From a virus (taxonomy: Duplodnaviria > Caudoviricetes): 40,551 nucleotides of DNA. The first letter of the stretch is position 1. Each line of letters begins with the position of its first letter. The stretch is from the IMG/VR virus record IMGVR_UViG_3300044477_000075, positions 1 to 40,551 of that record. One strand, 5' to 3'. Made by a program: the position numbers and the translations under genes. Shown here in pieces: positions 15,696 through 26,495 of the stretch. The notes beneath the pieces were generated by a model. That model saw only the letters and a program-made list of their open reading frames with translations, searched no databases and was not told the DNA's origin.

Positions 15696-18600
15696 TTATT
15701 AGTTTCTTAAGTTGTTCCCTCTTTATTTTAACGTTAATCTCTTTTTCTTTAGGATTAAGTCTAGCGTCAATATTCGAGCTTATAATACCCGACGTTAACT
15801 CCTTAACGTTTTTCTTTAAATCCGAAGTTTTTCGGTTATTTAAAGACCGCATATTTACCGGCGTTTGCTTTAGACCGATCATTGAACTAGCAAATCCAGG
15901 AACACTTTGTATATCTCCTGACGATGTTATTGGCTTTCCTTCTAAAGCAGACATTAATTGTTCGGACTGATATGTTCCAGGAATTAATGGCGTAGCTGGA
16001 AGCAACGTTTTTAAAATGTGCCCTATTTGTTTTCCGCCTTTAGTTGACGCAATGGCTTTTTTAAGTGCTTCTCCGCTATTCAATCCACTTTCTTTAAGCA
16101 TGGAATACGTACTAACTAAATCTCCAATTAGCTTAGGGTCAGTTTCGTTAAAAACTTTTGACCCAAAATAAAACTTTTTATTTACACCTGGGGCTATTTC
16201 TAAAAAAGCTTGAAGCGGTGAAGAAGGTTGTAGAGCTTGTGGCGCCGCTCCCTTAAGCATACCCTGCCCAGTTTGTCTTTCAATTAAATCCGGAAGTCCA
16301 GGAACGGTATATGACAAATCAATAATATTTGGATTTTCCTTAGTTCCTCCGGTTATTAAAAACCAATCGCCGTAACGATCCTGCAAGTTGGCAATATCTT
16401 TTCCCGTAAGTCCTAGCTTTTGCGTTTGTCTATCATTCCAAGAATCCTTAAAAGCGATTATAGGCAATGCTCTGCTTGGGGCTTGCAGCATTGTTTTAGA
16501 TACATATGGAAGCGCCTTGGATGAATATGTGGCAAACGGAAAAACGGTGCTTTTAATTAAGTCTTTAACAAAACGCGGCTTATCTGAATAATCAAATAAA
16601 GCTTCAGTGGCTTTTTTGTAAGCTTCTTTCCCTGAAACTCCACGGTTCATTAACCATTCGACCATAGCTTCTTTTTGAACGTTTTCTAAAGATCCATAGA
16701 TACTTCCCGGAACATTTAAGACTTTTTTGGCAGCGGTCTTAATTTCGCTAGGCTTATTCATTCCTGAAAACGAAGAACCCAATTTCATTGTTTCGGCATC
16801 AGAAAAAGTAGAGCCGCCACCACCATATCGGTTAACTACCCTAGTTATCATATCCGACTCGCCATTTGCCTTCATAGCCAACCGCTTAGAAGAAAGCTTA
16901 AAGGCGTCTATGGGGTCAACCCCGCTAAACATCATTTGAATAGGATTAGAAAATAAAAAGTTTCGTCCCTGTGCAGCGGTAGAAAAAGGGACTTTCCCTG
17001 TTTTCCAAATTCCCATAGCGTTACTTAATATCTTTTCAACGGGACCCATCTTTTTATTAAATCCAATAAGGTACTCGCCATCCGCCCTAGGTATCCATTT
17101 ATTAGCCAAAGCGCCATAACGATTACTTTCCGGCAATTGCACATAGCTCTTACCGTCCACAATGGCCGTTTTAGCGTCTACAGACCCTATTTTAACGACT
17201 TTCTGGTACGGCATAGCCTCTTTTACTGCCTGTGGCAATTCATCCATAGAATAGCCCGGAATTTTCGATATTTGGTCATACATACGCCCAAAGCGGGAAG
17301 TAGTATAAGTACGTTGCGAACCGACTCCTACCGAGTACCCTATCGACTCTGGACCCAATTTACCCGCGTTCTTTTGAAAGTTAGCGTATGCTTTATTTCC
17401 TTCGTACATTTTATTTTTAGCATTAATTTGTATTTGTGCTATTTTTTTTTCAAATTCAGAAACATTATTGTTTATTTGTTTGATTATTTTTTGTTTAGAA
17501 AATTCTTTTATGTTTTTAGCAATTGCGTCATACTTATCTTTTTTTCCATAAATTATAGGTTTCCCTTGGTCAATTATATTTTTTTTAGTAAAATCATTTT
17601 TAGGTATTTCTAGTATTGGACGTTCACTAATTGGGTCTTTAGAAAAAAAATGTCCTTCCCCAAACTTCATTTTAGGCTCTGTTGAAGTCCTGAGTTTTTG
17701 GGCTATTTCTTCTACCGGCAATTTAAAAATTTCGGTTAATTTATTTTTCCCGTTTTCTTTTATTAAAATCCTCATTCCTTCCATTAGCTTCTTTCTATCA
17801 ATAGCAAAGTTGGTGGCTGGCAATTCTTTTTCTGTTTTAGCCAATTCAATTGCGGTTCTTCTTATATCCATATTTAAAATATCGTCTATGTTTTTTATAT
17901 TAACTTTATCTTTAAGCAACCCTTTTAAATTATTATCCTTAACGACATCTTCTATTTTTGGTAAAAATCCTTTGCCTTTATGTTCAAATAACTCCTCTTT
18001 TACAGAAAATTCTCCAGGGCTATTCATTCCTTTAAGTCTTTGAATTAAACCCGTCGATATTTGTTCTTCTTCTAAATGCTTTAAATATTTGGGATTTTCG
18101 AAAAACTCATAAAATGTTTTAGCGTATTTATCTTTGTTCGCTGAGAACGTTTCTTTGCTAAGCAATCCCGCATTAACCGCCTCCTGACCTGCGCGTGTGG
18201 CTGTCTTACGCAAATCCTTAGCTATTTTCAAAATATCCTCAACTGGATTTTTAAATTGCGCCAAAGCTGCGGGATTAGTCTTTTGAATATTTGAAATTGC
18301 CTTTTTTAATGTATCGTATTTACTTTCCGTAGTGTATATATTTCCATATTCAGTGGCTTTTCCTATTTTTCTTGTAGTCTTTGCAGGAGCATCAGAAATT
18401 AAAGTTTCTCCTACAAGCTTGCGTATTTCAGGACTTTCAATATTCTGCCAAGGTTCAACTCTGGCTTTAACGTATTCTCCGAAATTGCCAATATCCCTAC
18501 GTGCCTTAGTCACTTCTTCAAATACTTTAGGCGTCATTATCTTGGACGGAGTTCTGAAGTAATTAATTGCCTTTTCTTCGTCGCCAATAATAGACCCAAT

Positions 18601-19581
18601 AAGTTTAGGAACAAAATCACCAAAGCCCTCAAATACTTGTTTACCTATACCTGAAGCACCTACACTCGTAAACGACTTATCGCCCATCATTTTAAGTAAT
18701 GATCCTAAACCTTGTTCAGGAGCAAGTTTGGAAGCAGCACGAATACCCTTTAAACCAAGTTCGCCACCACCAGCAACTAACATAGTTGGATCGGTTGCAA
18801 TTTCAGCACCAAGCGCCGTTACTGGCTTAATATAATCAGCTAATGTTTGACGTGAAACACTGGGTATACCTGTTTGAGTAGGCGTCTTTGCCCTTAATTT
18901 ATCACCGTAAATGGCGTTAGCTGCCCCGACTCCATAATTTAAAATGGAGTTTTGCAGAAAATCAAGATTAACTTTTCCACCCGTGATAGCATCATTTCCT
19001 TCGTTTATTCCAACCGGAATATTTACAATAGGAGCAGACGGAGTTACACCAGAAGGAGTTAAATTAGGAACGTTAATTTGACCTGAATTTATCGCTAAGT
19101 TAACAATGGGTCCAAGTGATTTATCAAGTCCTGTTTTATCTATCAGTGTCTGCGCTTGTTTGTCTGTTACCGTAGCACCCAACAATTTACCTAAACCCTT
19201 GACTACATCTTTAGGAGTAAAGTTCCCCGGCAATATATTGGATGCGTCCGAAAATGACTTGGTAACGTTATCGGTTACTGATTCACCTTTTAAATTTTTA
19301 ATACCTTGGTATGCTAAGTTCGACGCTATTTCTTGTGGAGCCTTTGCTGCACCCCATGCCGCTTTTCCTGCATCCGAATAAATTTCTGCCATAGATGGTC
19401 CTAGCGCAGAAGTTATTGAATTAGATATTTTCTTCTTAGGTATATCCCTATACGTTTTAAATAAATCCAATGCCGCACGTAAAGATAAATTAGTTAATGG
19501 ATTGCCTGTATAGCCACCGCCAGTATTCCCGGCATAGCTGTCTAAGTTTCCATATTTTTCGATATCTTCGCGTAACGACAT
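15664..19581 (-). CDS. Large internal virion / DNA ejection protein
   Basis: 1305 aa with no Cys seen, helical; EIATDP and LFDYSD...FPFATY motifs; last of the ejection genes in podovirus order. Confidence 0.72.
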   Translation of the reverse strand: MSLREDIEKYGNLDSYAGNTGGGYTGNPLTNLSLRAALDLFKTYRDIPKKKISNSITSALGPSMAEIYSDAGKAAWGAAKAPQEIASNLAYQGIKNLKGESVTDNVTKSFSDASNILPGNFTPKDVVKGLGKLLGATVTDKQAQTLIDKTGLDKSLGPIVNLAINSGQINVPNLTPSGVTPSAPIVNIPVGINEGNDAITGGKVNLDFLQNSILNYGVGAANAIYGDKLRAKTPTQTGIPSVSRQTLADYIKPVTALGAEIATDPTMLVAGGGELGLKGIRAASKLAPEQGLGSLLKMMGDKSFTSVGASGIGKQVFEGFGDFVPKLIGSIIGDEEKAINYFRTPSKIMTPKVFEEVTKARRDIGNFGEYVKARVEPWQNIESPEIRKLVGETLISDAPAKTTRKIGKATEYGNIYTTESKYDTLKKAISNIQKTNPAALAQFKNPVEDILKIAKDLRKTATRAGQEAVNAGLLSKETFSANKDKYAKTFYEFFENPKYLKHLEEEQISTGLIQRLKGMNSPGEFSVKEELFEHKGKGFLPKIEDVVKDNNLKGLLKDKVNIKNIDDILNMDIRRTAIELAKTEKELPATNFAIDRKKLMEGMRILIKENGKNKLTEIFKLPVEEIAQKLRTSTEPKMKFGEGHFFSKDPISERPILEIPKNDFTKKNIIDQGKPIIYGKKDKYDAIAKNIKEFSKQKIIKQINNNVSEFEKKIAQIQINAKNKMYEGNKAYANFQKNAGKLGPESIGYSVGVGSQRTYTTSRFGRMYDQISKIPGYSMDELPQAVKEAMPYQKVVKIGSVDAKTAIVDGKSYVQLPESNRYGALANKWIPRADGEYLIGFNKKMGPVEKILSNAMGIWKTGKVPFSTAAQGRNFLFSNPIQMMFSGVDPIDAFKLSSKRLAMKANGESDMITRVVNRYGGGGSTFSDAETMKLGSSFSGMNKPSEIKTAAKKVLNVPGSIYGSLENVQKEAMVEWLMNRGVSGKEAYKKATEALFDYSDKPRFVKDLIKSTVFPFATYSSKALPYVSKTMLQAPSRALPIIAFKDSWNDRQTQKLGLTGKDIANLQDRYGDWFLITGGTKENPNIIDLSYTVPGLPDLIERQTGQGMLKGAAPQALQPSSPLQAFLEIAPGVNKKFYFGSKVFNETDPKLIGDLVSTYSMLKESGLNSGEALKKAIASTKGGKQIGHILKTLLPATPLIPGTYQSEQLMSALEGKPITSSGDIQSVPGFASSMIGLKQTPVNMRSLNNRKTSDLKKNVKELTSGIISSNIDARLNPKEKEINVKIKREQLKKLINDFNSYNKGK

Positions 19582-19584
19582 TAA

Positions 19585-20406
19585 CTATCTCCCCATGAAT
19601 TTTCGAGCTAGTAAATCAACAAGGTTGGGCGCTTGTGTCGGTTGTGCTGTTTGCGTGGTATCCATAGGCATACCTTGGACCCGCCCAATACCTTGCATGT
19701 TTTGGGCTGCTAGTTTATCAGCTTCTTGTTTTGCTTTGTAATTCATATACCGGGTATTATCTGTGGTTCCAACCAAAGCCGGACTTAACCCTTGATCTAT
19801 ACCATCAAATTTATGGCGGTTTAATTGTTCCTGCCATATTTTTTTCTGAGCTTTAGCGTCCTCCAAATCCGACAATAACTGCTTTCTATCTTCGGGGTCG
19901 GTCATAATACTTAACTTACCTTGTATCCCCAAAAGCTTTGCATCCCAATTAGTTACCACATCTGTCAATTGTTTGTTTTGCTGTACCCAAAGTTTAGCTA
20001 TTTCATCCGGTCTATTTGCCTTAACTCTGGATAAATCTTGTTTGGTTAAGTTGGTGTTTTTGTTATTTAACATACTACCTAAAGTTCCGAAAGTACTTCC
20101 AGCAATGGGCTTGTCAATAGAAGGCATACCTAATTCACTTAAAACTGGATTAGCCAATTCATATGGAACCTCTTGATTCCTTCCTGACATATATTCGGCT
20201 TGAGCTGATATAAGGGGAGCTTGTTGTTCCATTTGCAATCGCTTTAACGTATTATCTTCTCCCATATTAGCTATTTGAGCATCCTGTAGTCGTTGCTTCA
20301 TTTTTAACTCTTCTTCATTTTGAGCGCCTTGACGTGCCCCACTATATCCTTGTTGAAATCCTTGTAAAAGAGCGGCAATGCCCTTCATTGTTTGTGCGTC
20401 TTCCAT
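19585..20406 (-). CDS. Putative internal virion / ejection protein
   Basis: GIAALLQGFQQGY N-terminus, Gln-rich coiled coil; synteny. Confidence 0.6.
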   Translation of the reverse strand: MEDAQTMKGIAALLQGFQQGYSGARQGAQNEEELKMKQRLQDAQIANMGEDNTLKRLQMEQQAPLISAQAEYMSGRNQEVPYELANPVLSELGMPSIDKPIAGSTFGTLGSMLNNKNTNLTKQDLSRVKANRPDEIAKLWVQQNKQLTDVVTNWDAKLLGIQGKLSIMTDPEDRKQLLSDLEDAKAQKKIWQEQLNRHKFDGIDQGLSPALVGTTDNTRYMNYKAKQEADKLAAQNMQGIGRVQGMPMDTTQTAQPTQAPNLVDLLARKFMGR

Positions 20407-20418
20407 AATCCCTCCATA

Positions 20419-21066
20419 CTAACTATAGTTATTTTTAACGATTGCATTACCGCCAGCTTTAATACCACCACCCAAAGCAGCACCACCCGCTGGGCCTCCG
20501 TAAACCGTTCCAATTATAGCGCCAAGTGCAGACAAAAAGTCGACAACGCTTCCGGCGTTTTGATTTTTACGCAGTCTATCGCTTTGTTCCTGCATAAGTT
20601 TTTTAGATGCTTCTAACCTATTCTTATTAATCAATTCGGTTGAAGTTCTATTTGCATTTATAATTCCTAAATCAGCCAACCTAGCATCTTGACTATTTAC
20701 AAGCGCGTTATACACCGCTTTATTTCCAAGTCCATAATTAACCATGTTTTCCGAGTTCTTTGCGTTTGTTCCCCAATCTTGGTATTGATTAGCATATTTT
20801 TTCTCCGCCATGTTTAAGTTGTTTGTTACATCGTAAGATTTTTTAGCGGCATTAGAAAATTCAGCGCCAGAAAAAACGTTGCCTACATCATTAGTTTTAT
20901 ACTGGTCAGATAAACCAGCGGTGGCTTCGTTAGCGTAATTTCGAGTAGTGGCTAAATTATCCGAAGTATACTGAGGCATTACATACTTGCTAATAATGTC
21001 CATAAACTGATTCTTCTGTAACTTATCATTATACTTTTGCTGGCGTTCTAAGTATCCGTAATCCAT
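20419..21066 (-). CDS. Putative ejection / pilot protein
   Basis: Gly/Ala hydrophobic C-terminus LGAIIGTVYGGPAGGAALGGG. Confidence 0.6.
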   Translation of the reverse strand: MDYGYLERQQKYNDKLQKNQFMDIISKYVMPQYTSDNLATTRNYANEATAGLSDQYKTNDVGNVFSGAEFSNAAKKSYDVTNNLNMAEKKYANQYQDWGTNAKNSENMVNYGLGNKAVYNALVNSQDARLADLGIINANRTSTELINKNRLEASKKLMQEQSDRLRKNQNAGSVVDFLSALGAIIGTVYGGPAGGAALGGGIKAGGNAIVKNNYS

Positions 21067-21074
21067 GTTACCTC

Positions 21075-22727
21075 CTAATAATTAAGCCAATTTTTACCAG
21101 CACTATACAAATCTTCGCTATAAGTATTACCTGTTTTACTGTTTGTATTTAACGCTTTATTGGTATTGTTGTAAAGATTAGAGTTGTTCATAACCGCCTG
21201 AGTTAGAGGAACACTCGACGAAGAAGACGACGTTGTATTATTCGCACCCGTATTTTTGTTATTAAAGTTATATGCCGCAGTTCCACCCAACTGTCCGGCG
21301 GTTCCCCATAATTGGCTTATAGCGTTAATCGAATCTAAATAGTCTTGATCGTTATACTTATTTTGAGTTTGTAACGTTTCATAATCAATTCCTGTTTGTG
21401 CCGCTTGTTCGTTTATTTTATTATTTATGGCGCTTTGGTTCGTTCTGTAATAATCGTCCCATGACTGACCGGATTTTTTAAACTCATCCATTATGTTTTG
21501 AGAAACATTTCTAACGGAAGTATTATATCCGCTTTGAGCTAGTGAATCCAAAAACGTTTGTAAATCTGCTCCAATGTTTTCTTGCTTATTTTGAACAGCC
21601 AAGTTCCGCTGCGCCAAAGCTTCTGACAATTGATTACCTGTCAATCCAGCAGTAGAAGTACCGCGCGACGCAGCGTTTTCCATGATCGTTTTCAAACCTT
21701 CTTGATAGGGTTTGTCCAATGATTCCGAAAAAGCTTTCATAACTTCCGGCCCTGTTTTGTTTTTAACTTGTTCGGCATACGTTGGCATCAACTGGTTATA
21801 TATTTGGTTCATCCACTCTTCGGGAGTTTGCGCCCCAAAATAGTTGTTAGAGTTGCTTTTACCATAACCATATCCTTCTTTCGAAGTAGAATCACCAGTG
21901 GGCTTAAAATCGCCATACGTAGTATTTACATACTGGGATATAGTCTCTTCCGGTATATACGCCTTATCGTGTTCGCTCCAATACTTAGTAATGCCTTGCT
22001 GTTTTTGCATATCTAACAAGTTAGCTTTGTTTTGTTCTAAATCGTTTATTTGTGATTGAAGTTTATTTACCTCATTTTCTTTTTGAGCTACTGCATGTTG
22101 TGCATTTAAATCCATAGGGTATGTAGACTTTGATTTAGCATCTTCAATTTCAGACTTCCAATTAAACGTTTCGTACAAAAGTCTTTTTTGTTCTTCTGAA
22201 TACTTGTTTATTTCATCGTTGCTTTTTTTCCAACCTTCACTTATCTTTAGTCCAGGAAATCGGTCCGGATATTTAGAAATTATTTCATCTAAGGACAATC
22301 CCTGTATATCTTTATCGTTACCCTTATTAAGCATGGGTAAAGTATAATCTCCATTACCTCCGGTTGCGGCTCGGTTAGATAAGTATGTTTGGGGAGTAGT
22401 TACTGTATCTCTTCCATTTTTGTCTTTAACTAAAATAGTTCCGTCTGGACGAGTGTTTTCTTTTATAAAATTAATCTCTGCAGTATATGACTTAGGAACA
22501 AACGTATCGCCTTTTATCCAGATCCCATCCTTACCTTGTATTTCAAATTTATCAAGTCCTCCTCCGCCAAAAACATAATCAGCGTTACCGCTGTATATTT
22601 TTCCGTCTGGAGCCTTAAATGTAATTTTGCCGTCAGAATCAATTAAGTCATTTATTTTTTCAGATTCTTCTTTTGAATAAGAAAAATAACCGGCTTGGGG
22701 ATTAAGATATTGATACGTATTCGCCAT
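21075..22727 (-). CDS. Putative internal virion / ejection protein
   Basis: Q/N-rich; NAASRGTSTAG and LWGTAGQLGGTAA segments; synteny. Confidence 0.6.
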   Translation of the reverse strand: MANTYQYLNPQAGYFSYSKEESEKINDLIDSDGKITFKAPDGKIYSGNADYVFGGGGLDKFEIQGKDGIWIKGDTFVPKSYTAEINFIKENTRPDGTILVKDKNGRDTVTTPQTYLSNRAATGGNGDYTLPMLNKGNDKDIQGLSLDEIISKYPDRFPGLKISEGWKKSNDEINKYSEEQKRLLYETFNWKSEIEDAKSKSTYPMDLNAQHAVAQKENEVNKLQSQINDLEQNKANLLDMQKQQGITKYWSEHDKAYIPEETISQYVNTTYGDFKPTGDSTSKEGYGYGKSNSNNYFGAQTPEEWMNQIYNQLMPTYAEQVKNKTGPEVMKAFSESLDKPYQEGLKTIMENAASRGTSTAGLTGNQLSEALAQRNLAVQNKQENIGADLQTFLDSLAQSGYNTSVRNVSQNIMDEFKKSGQSWDDYYRTNQSAINNKINEQAAQTGIDYETLQTQNKYNDQDYLDSINAISQLWGTAGQLGGTAAYNFNNKNTGANNTTSSSSSSVPLTQAVMNNSNLYNNTNKALNTNSKTGNTYSEDLYSAGKNWLNY

Positions 22728-22737
22728 AGTAACTCCT

Positions 22738-23043
22738 TTAACTCACTATTTCATCTGGCACATTTTGCGCGGGCTTAGTTATAGCCAGTGTTTCCATTTC
22801 GTGCCTTTTTGCGTCCAGCTTATACTCGTTAAGCCTAACTGATGCCCGGATAAACTGTTTTATATATCGTTCGGCAAAGGCTTTATTTGTTTCTCCTGAT
22901 TGCTTTCCAATAAAATTAAATTTCCACTCAATTACACCATTTGAACGCAAAAATAAATCTTTATCCGCTAATCCATTAAGCATACGTAAAACCGTTGCTA
23001 CGTGTGCGTCTGGTATAGTTACATTAAGCGTTACGTCTGCCAT
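22738..23043 (-). CDS. Small protein after the tail fibre (possible fibre accessory)
   Basis: AAGGAG RBS; position. Confidence 0.5.
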   Translation of the reverse strand: MADVTLNVTIPDAHVATVLRMLNGLADKDLFLRSNGVIEWKFNFIGKQSGETNKAFAERYIKQFIRASVRLNEYKLDAKRHEMETLAITKPAQNVPDEIVS

Positions 23044-23059
23044 ATTTTGCTCCTTAAAG

Positions 23060-24097
23060 TTATGTTGGGGCCGTATATGCCGTTAAAATTCCTTTTGTAA
23101 ACGTCATACTTCCAGCCACAGTAGCCGGAGCTACGGGCGCAACTGGAACAGTAGCGTCAATACCAGCAGTCGCGCCAACTTTAAACCCAGCACTTGCACA
23201 ATTTCCAGTAGTGGATAAGTTAGTTCCATCAAAAGTCAAGCCAGCGTCATCTTTAAGCCTTCCGTTAGTTGTTGCGTATGGTATTCTACCAGACGTTAAA
23301 GCTGTGCCGTCATCAAGAACAAACTTTTTTCTTGCCGCTCCCGTAGTTATGGTGGCGTATAAATCATCGGTTAAAAACTCAATTGCTCCAGATTCTGGCG
23401 TGGTCATAAGTGGTCCAGATAAAATTTTCAAAGGTGCGCTACTTGCTGCAGTTGTTCCGGCAGGTAGTTGAAGTCTAGCGGTTCCATACTCCCCGCCAAT
23501 GGTTACATTACCCCACTCAAAGTCGGTATAAACAGGTGTATATCCATCGGACCCACCCTTAGTTACTTTAAAAAAATTTTTGGCGTCTGTAAAATTATCG
23601 TTAGGAAATCTCTGAATTACCTGATATTCCCCAATAGAAAAGTCGGTAAATTTATGATTCGTTCCGGCAGGTGAGTTTTTAAATTGAAATCCAAGCGCAC
23701 CAGAACCGGTTACGTCCAATTCAACTAAAAAAGTAGCGTTATTAAATCCCCTTATATGCAAGTTAGACTCAACCGCTGTAACATTTACGCCAACTCTTTT
23801 ACCAGTAGGCATAAGCGAAAAATACCCATTTGAATTTGTTTGAAAATCTGTATATAACGCATTATCTGTATGAGTTGCTCTAATCTGTGCGGCTGTAGTA
23901 TCAAGCGCGTCAATTTTTCTACGCGGAGTTATCGTACCAGCACCAACGCTTCCAGTGGTCACAAGATTATTTCCTTGTAAGTTTATGGTTTGATTGGCGT
24001 TTGATCCGTCAAGTTTAAGGTATTCATCAATCAATTTATAAATTCGGCGTATTTCGTAGTCTAAGTTTTCTGGTGTGTGTCTGTGAAGTTTTTCCAT
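23060..24097 (-). CDS. Tail fibre-like protein
   Basis: YLKLDGSN, RVGVN, LPAGTTAASSAPLK...GAIEF, LTSGRIPY...LTFDGTNL, MTFTKGILT fibre-type segments. Confidence 0.7.
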   Translation of the reverse strand: MEKLHRHTPENLDYEIRRIYKLIDEYLKLDGSNANQTINLQGNNLVTTGSVGAGTITPRRKIDALDTTAAQIRATHTDNALYTDFQTNSNGYFSLMPTGKRVGVNVTAVESNLHIRGFNNATFLVELDVTGSGALGFQFKNSPAGTNHKFTDFSIGEYQVIQRFPNDNFTDAKNFFKVTKGGSDGYTPVYTDFEWGNVTIGGEYGTARLQLPAGTTAASSAPLKILSGPLMTTPESGAIEFLTDDLYATITTGAARKKFVLDDGTALTSGRIPYATTNGRLKDDAGLTFDGTNLSTTGNCASAGFKVGATAGIDATVPVAPVAPATVAGSMTFTKGILTAYTAPT

Positions 24098-24098
24098 T

Positions 24099-26495
24099 TT
24101 ACAAGTCCTGAGGAACTTTATTTGATCCGTATAACTCTAAATCAACCGAAGCAACCGCAAAAGATTCGTCGTAAGTGTCTACCACGTCCGCTTGCGCTAA
24201 GGTGTGCGAATAAGTTAAATTACCGACCAACGTCAAGTAGGTTGAACCTATAGCCGAAATAACACCTACTTCTTCCCGCGCTCCGCCGTCATTAATAATT
24301 ATCTTGTGGCCTACAATAAAACCAGTGATTGAAGCAACATATAGAGTGGGCGCACCGGAAGCAGAAGTGGCGTTTACCGTGGTTGTGATTTTATCCTGGT
24401 ACAACGTAACTTCAATAGAAGACGCTTCACCTCCGCAATCTATTTTTTTAATATATGGAACGTTGGACGTAACCGAAGCATTTCCGTTTTGAATAGTTTT
24501 GGTTACGTCGGCAGCATAATCTTTGCTGTATTTAATGTCTAAGTGAGAAACGGTTGATTCGTTTTTATACTTAGCAAATATATTTCTAGGCTTGTACTTG
24601 GTGTCGTTTATGTACAGCGGTCCGGTTTTGTAATACGCCTTAATAAAGTTCCCATCGTCACTAGTTCCGGTATACATACGCATTATCTTTGAACCTTTAA
24701 ATCCATAGATAACGGGTATTGCACTATTACCTACCGTCATAGAAAACATTCCGTCAACATCTGTATCTTCCATATACCAAGTTTTGGAAATAACATTATA
24801 CGTCAATATTTTTCGAGTGGTTAGTTCCTTAAATCCAACAATTACAGAATCCCTTTGATAATCAGGACAGATAAATGATTTAGCGAGTATCCAGTTAGCC
24901 ATTTTATCTTTAATATTTGCGTGAATAAAAGTTTTAACATAGCGGTCAATTTCAAATATTCCCCGGTCAGAAATTCCATATACCTTTAAAGACGCATCAG
25001 AGCCTTTATATATGCACATTCCGTTATATGACGAAATTCCTCCTGCAATATCATGTTGCACCTGTTCAATTGACGTTGCCGCTAATGATCCATTTAAAAG
25101 CAAATATGTGCTTTGCGCGCTTGCTAAAATCGCATAATCTCCGCAATTAATCATGGCCATTACAGGACCATCAAGTGTCAAAAAATCAGTGTCGCTATAT
25201 CCCGCTTCCGGCGTATTTACTCCACTGCGATAAATACGATTAGGATAAGCAACTCCGTTAATTGTTACGTTACCCACAAACATTTTTGACTTATGCCACA
25301 TACACGCCTTAGCTTTAGTTATGGGATTAGTTAATCCCGAAAAAGACATAGGACCGGTATCGCCTAGTATTGGATATGAAGCGCTTCCCCAAATTTCAGG
25401 AACATTACCGTCCGAGAAAATACACATTCCGTAAGGAGTGTTTTCCATACAATATTCAGAATTGGGATTACCATAAGAGGAAATTATAGTGGCCTTATTA
25501 TTAAACGCTGATTTAAATATTCCGTAATCAGCGGCAATAATAACTTTGTCTTTATTTAAAAACATGTTTTTAATGCCTGCAGTTCCTGTATATACAGGGA
25601 AAATATCTATATTTGAGGTGGCGCGTGAACTTAAAACCTCGCTGTTGTTTATATCGTTTTCCGCAAAAACGGTATATCCTTCGCACCAACCCTCTACAGT
25701 GGACTCGGGAATATAGCTTCCAAAATTTAACTGCTGTGTATTCGTAAATACCGCAGCATCGCTATAAAAGTTAGTCGAATTTTCTGTGTATTGAAAAATT
25801 TTTTTTACATTATACGCAGAACCAACCGTATAAAACTTAAACTTAAAATCAACTCCTGCTATATCAACCCAGGCCGCACCATTATAATACGCAGCTACTC
25901 TAGCACCACCAGGAGCGTAACCACCTCCTGCATTAGAATACATCCACCCGACACACTCGCCAGTGAATGTATTGCCTGTTTCCAAAACAAGACATAAGCG
26001 TTTAGTTGTAAAGTTAACCGAAGAAACATCGTGGTAATACCACTGTTCGGTTGTTTTCAAAGCATAAGAATTTATAAACTTTGAACCGGAAGTATATAGC
26101 GCAATTCCCGTTGGATGACCAGACGCATCAGAGGCGTATATAGAAATTAAAACTATATTATCTGTTACAGAACCGCGTTTTATACAAAAACCCAAAATAG
26201 CATTCTGTACTCCTGTAGTAAGTCCGGAAAGATAAATCTCTTGGCTTAACTTGTTTGCCGTTCCACAATTAAGATATGTTTGTCCTGTAGAAGTGGATGT
26301 ATACGATCCAGAATTTACATATAAACTGTTTTCTGAGGTATATCCATTTCTTTTATACAATACGCCGTTGTCCTCAAATACGTTTAAACAGTCCGAGGAT
26401 GCGTTTGCAGGGATTAATCTATCCCCATTGGTGTCAACCAGACCTCCCCAACCAACAGAACCACCGACAACTGTAACGTTATTTTTATTTTCCAT
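24099..26495 (-). CDS. Tail nozzle / tail tubular protein B-like, with inserted domains
   Basis: WGGL...DCLNV...GVLYKRNGY N-terminus, propeller-like HKSKMFVG and NRIYRSG, YYKTG C-domain. Confidence 0.72.
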   Translation of the reverse strand: MENKNNVTVVGGSVGWGGLVDTNGDRLIPANASSDCLNVFEDNGVLYKRNGYTSENSLYVNSGSYTSTSTGQTYLNCGTANKLSQEIYLSGLTTGVQNAILGFCIKRGSVTDNIVLISIYASDASGHPTGIALYTSGSKFINSYALKTTEQWYYHDVSSVNFTTKRLCLVLETGNTFTGECVGWMYSNAGGGYAPGGARVAAYYNGAAWVDIAGVDFKFKFYTVGSAYNVKKIFQYTENSTNFYSDAAVFTNTQQLNFGSYIPESTVEGWCEGYTVFAENDINNSEVLSSRATSNIDIFPVYTGTAGIKNMFLNKDKVIIAADYGIFKSAFNNKATIISSYGNPNSEYCMENTPYGMCIFSDGNVPEIWGSASYPILGDTGPMSFSGLTNPITKAKACMWHKSKMFVGNVTINGVAYPNRIYRSGVNTPEAGYSDTDFLTLDGPVMAMINCGDYAILASAQSTYLLLNGSLAATSIEQVQHDIAGGISSYNGMCIYKGSDASLKVYGISDRGIFEIDRYVKTFIHANIKDKMANWILAKSFICPDYQRDSVIVGFKELTTRKILTYNVISKTWYMEDTDVDGMFSMTVGNSAIPVIYGFKGSKIMRMYTGTSDDGNFIKAYYKTGPLYINDTKYKPRNIFAKYKNESTVSHLDIKYSKDYAADVTKTIQNGNASVTSNVPYIKKIDCGGEASSIEVTLYQDKITTTVNATSASGAPTLYVASITGFIVGHKIIINDGGAREEVGVISAIGSTYLTLVGNLTYSHTLAQADVVDTYDESFAVASVDLELYGSNKVPQDL

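Noticed and set aside
17600-17700. GEGHFFSKDP in the large ejection protein as an ADP-ribosyltransferase-like motif
   Set aside because: Only a short resemblance; I could not find the other catalytic motifs, so an HMM or structure search is needed.
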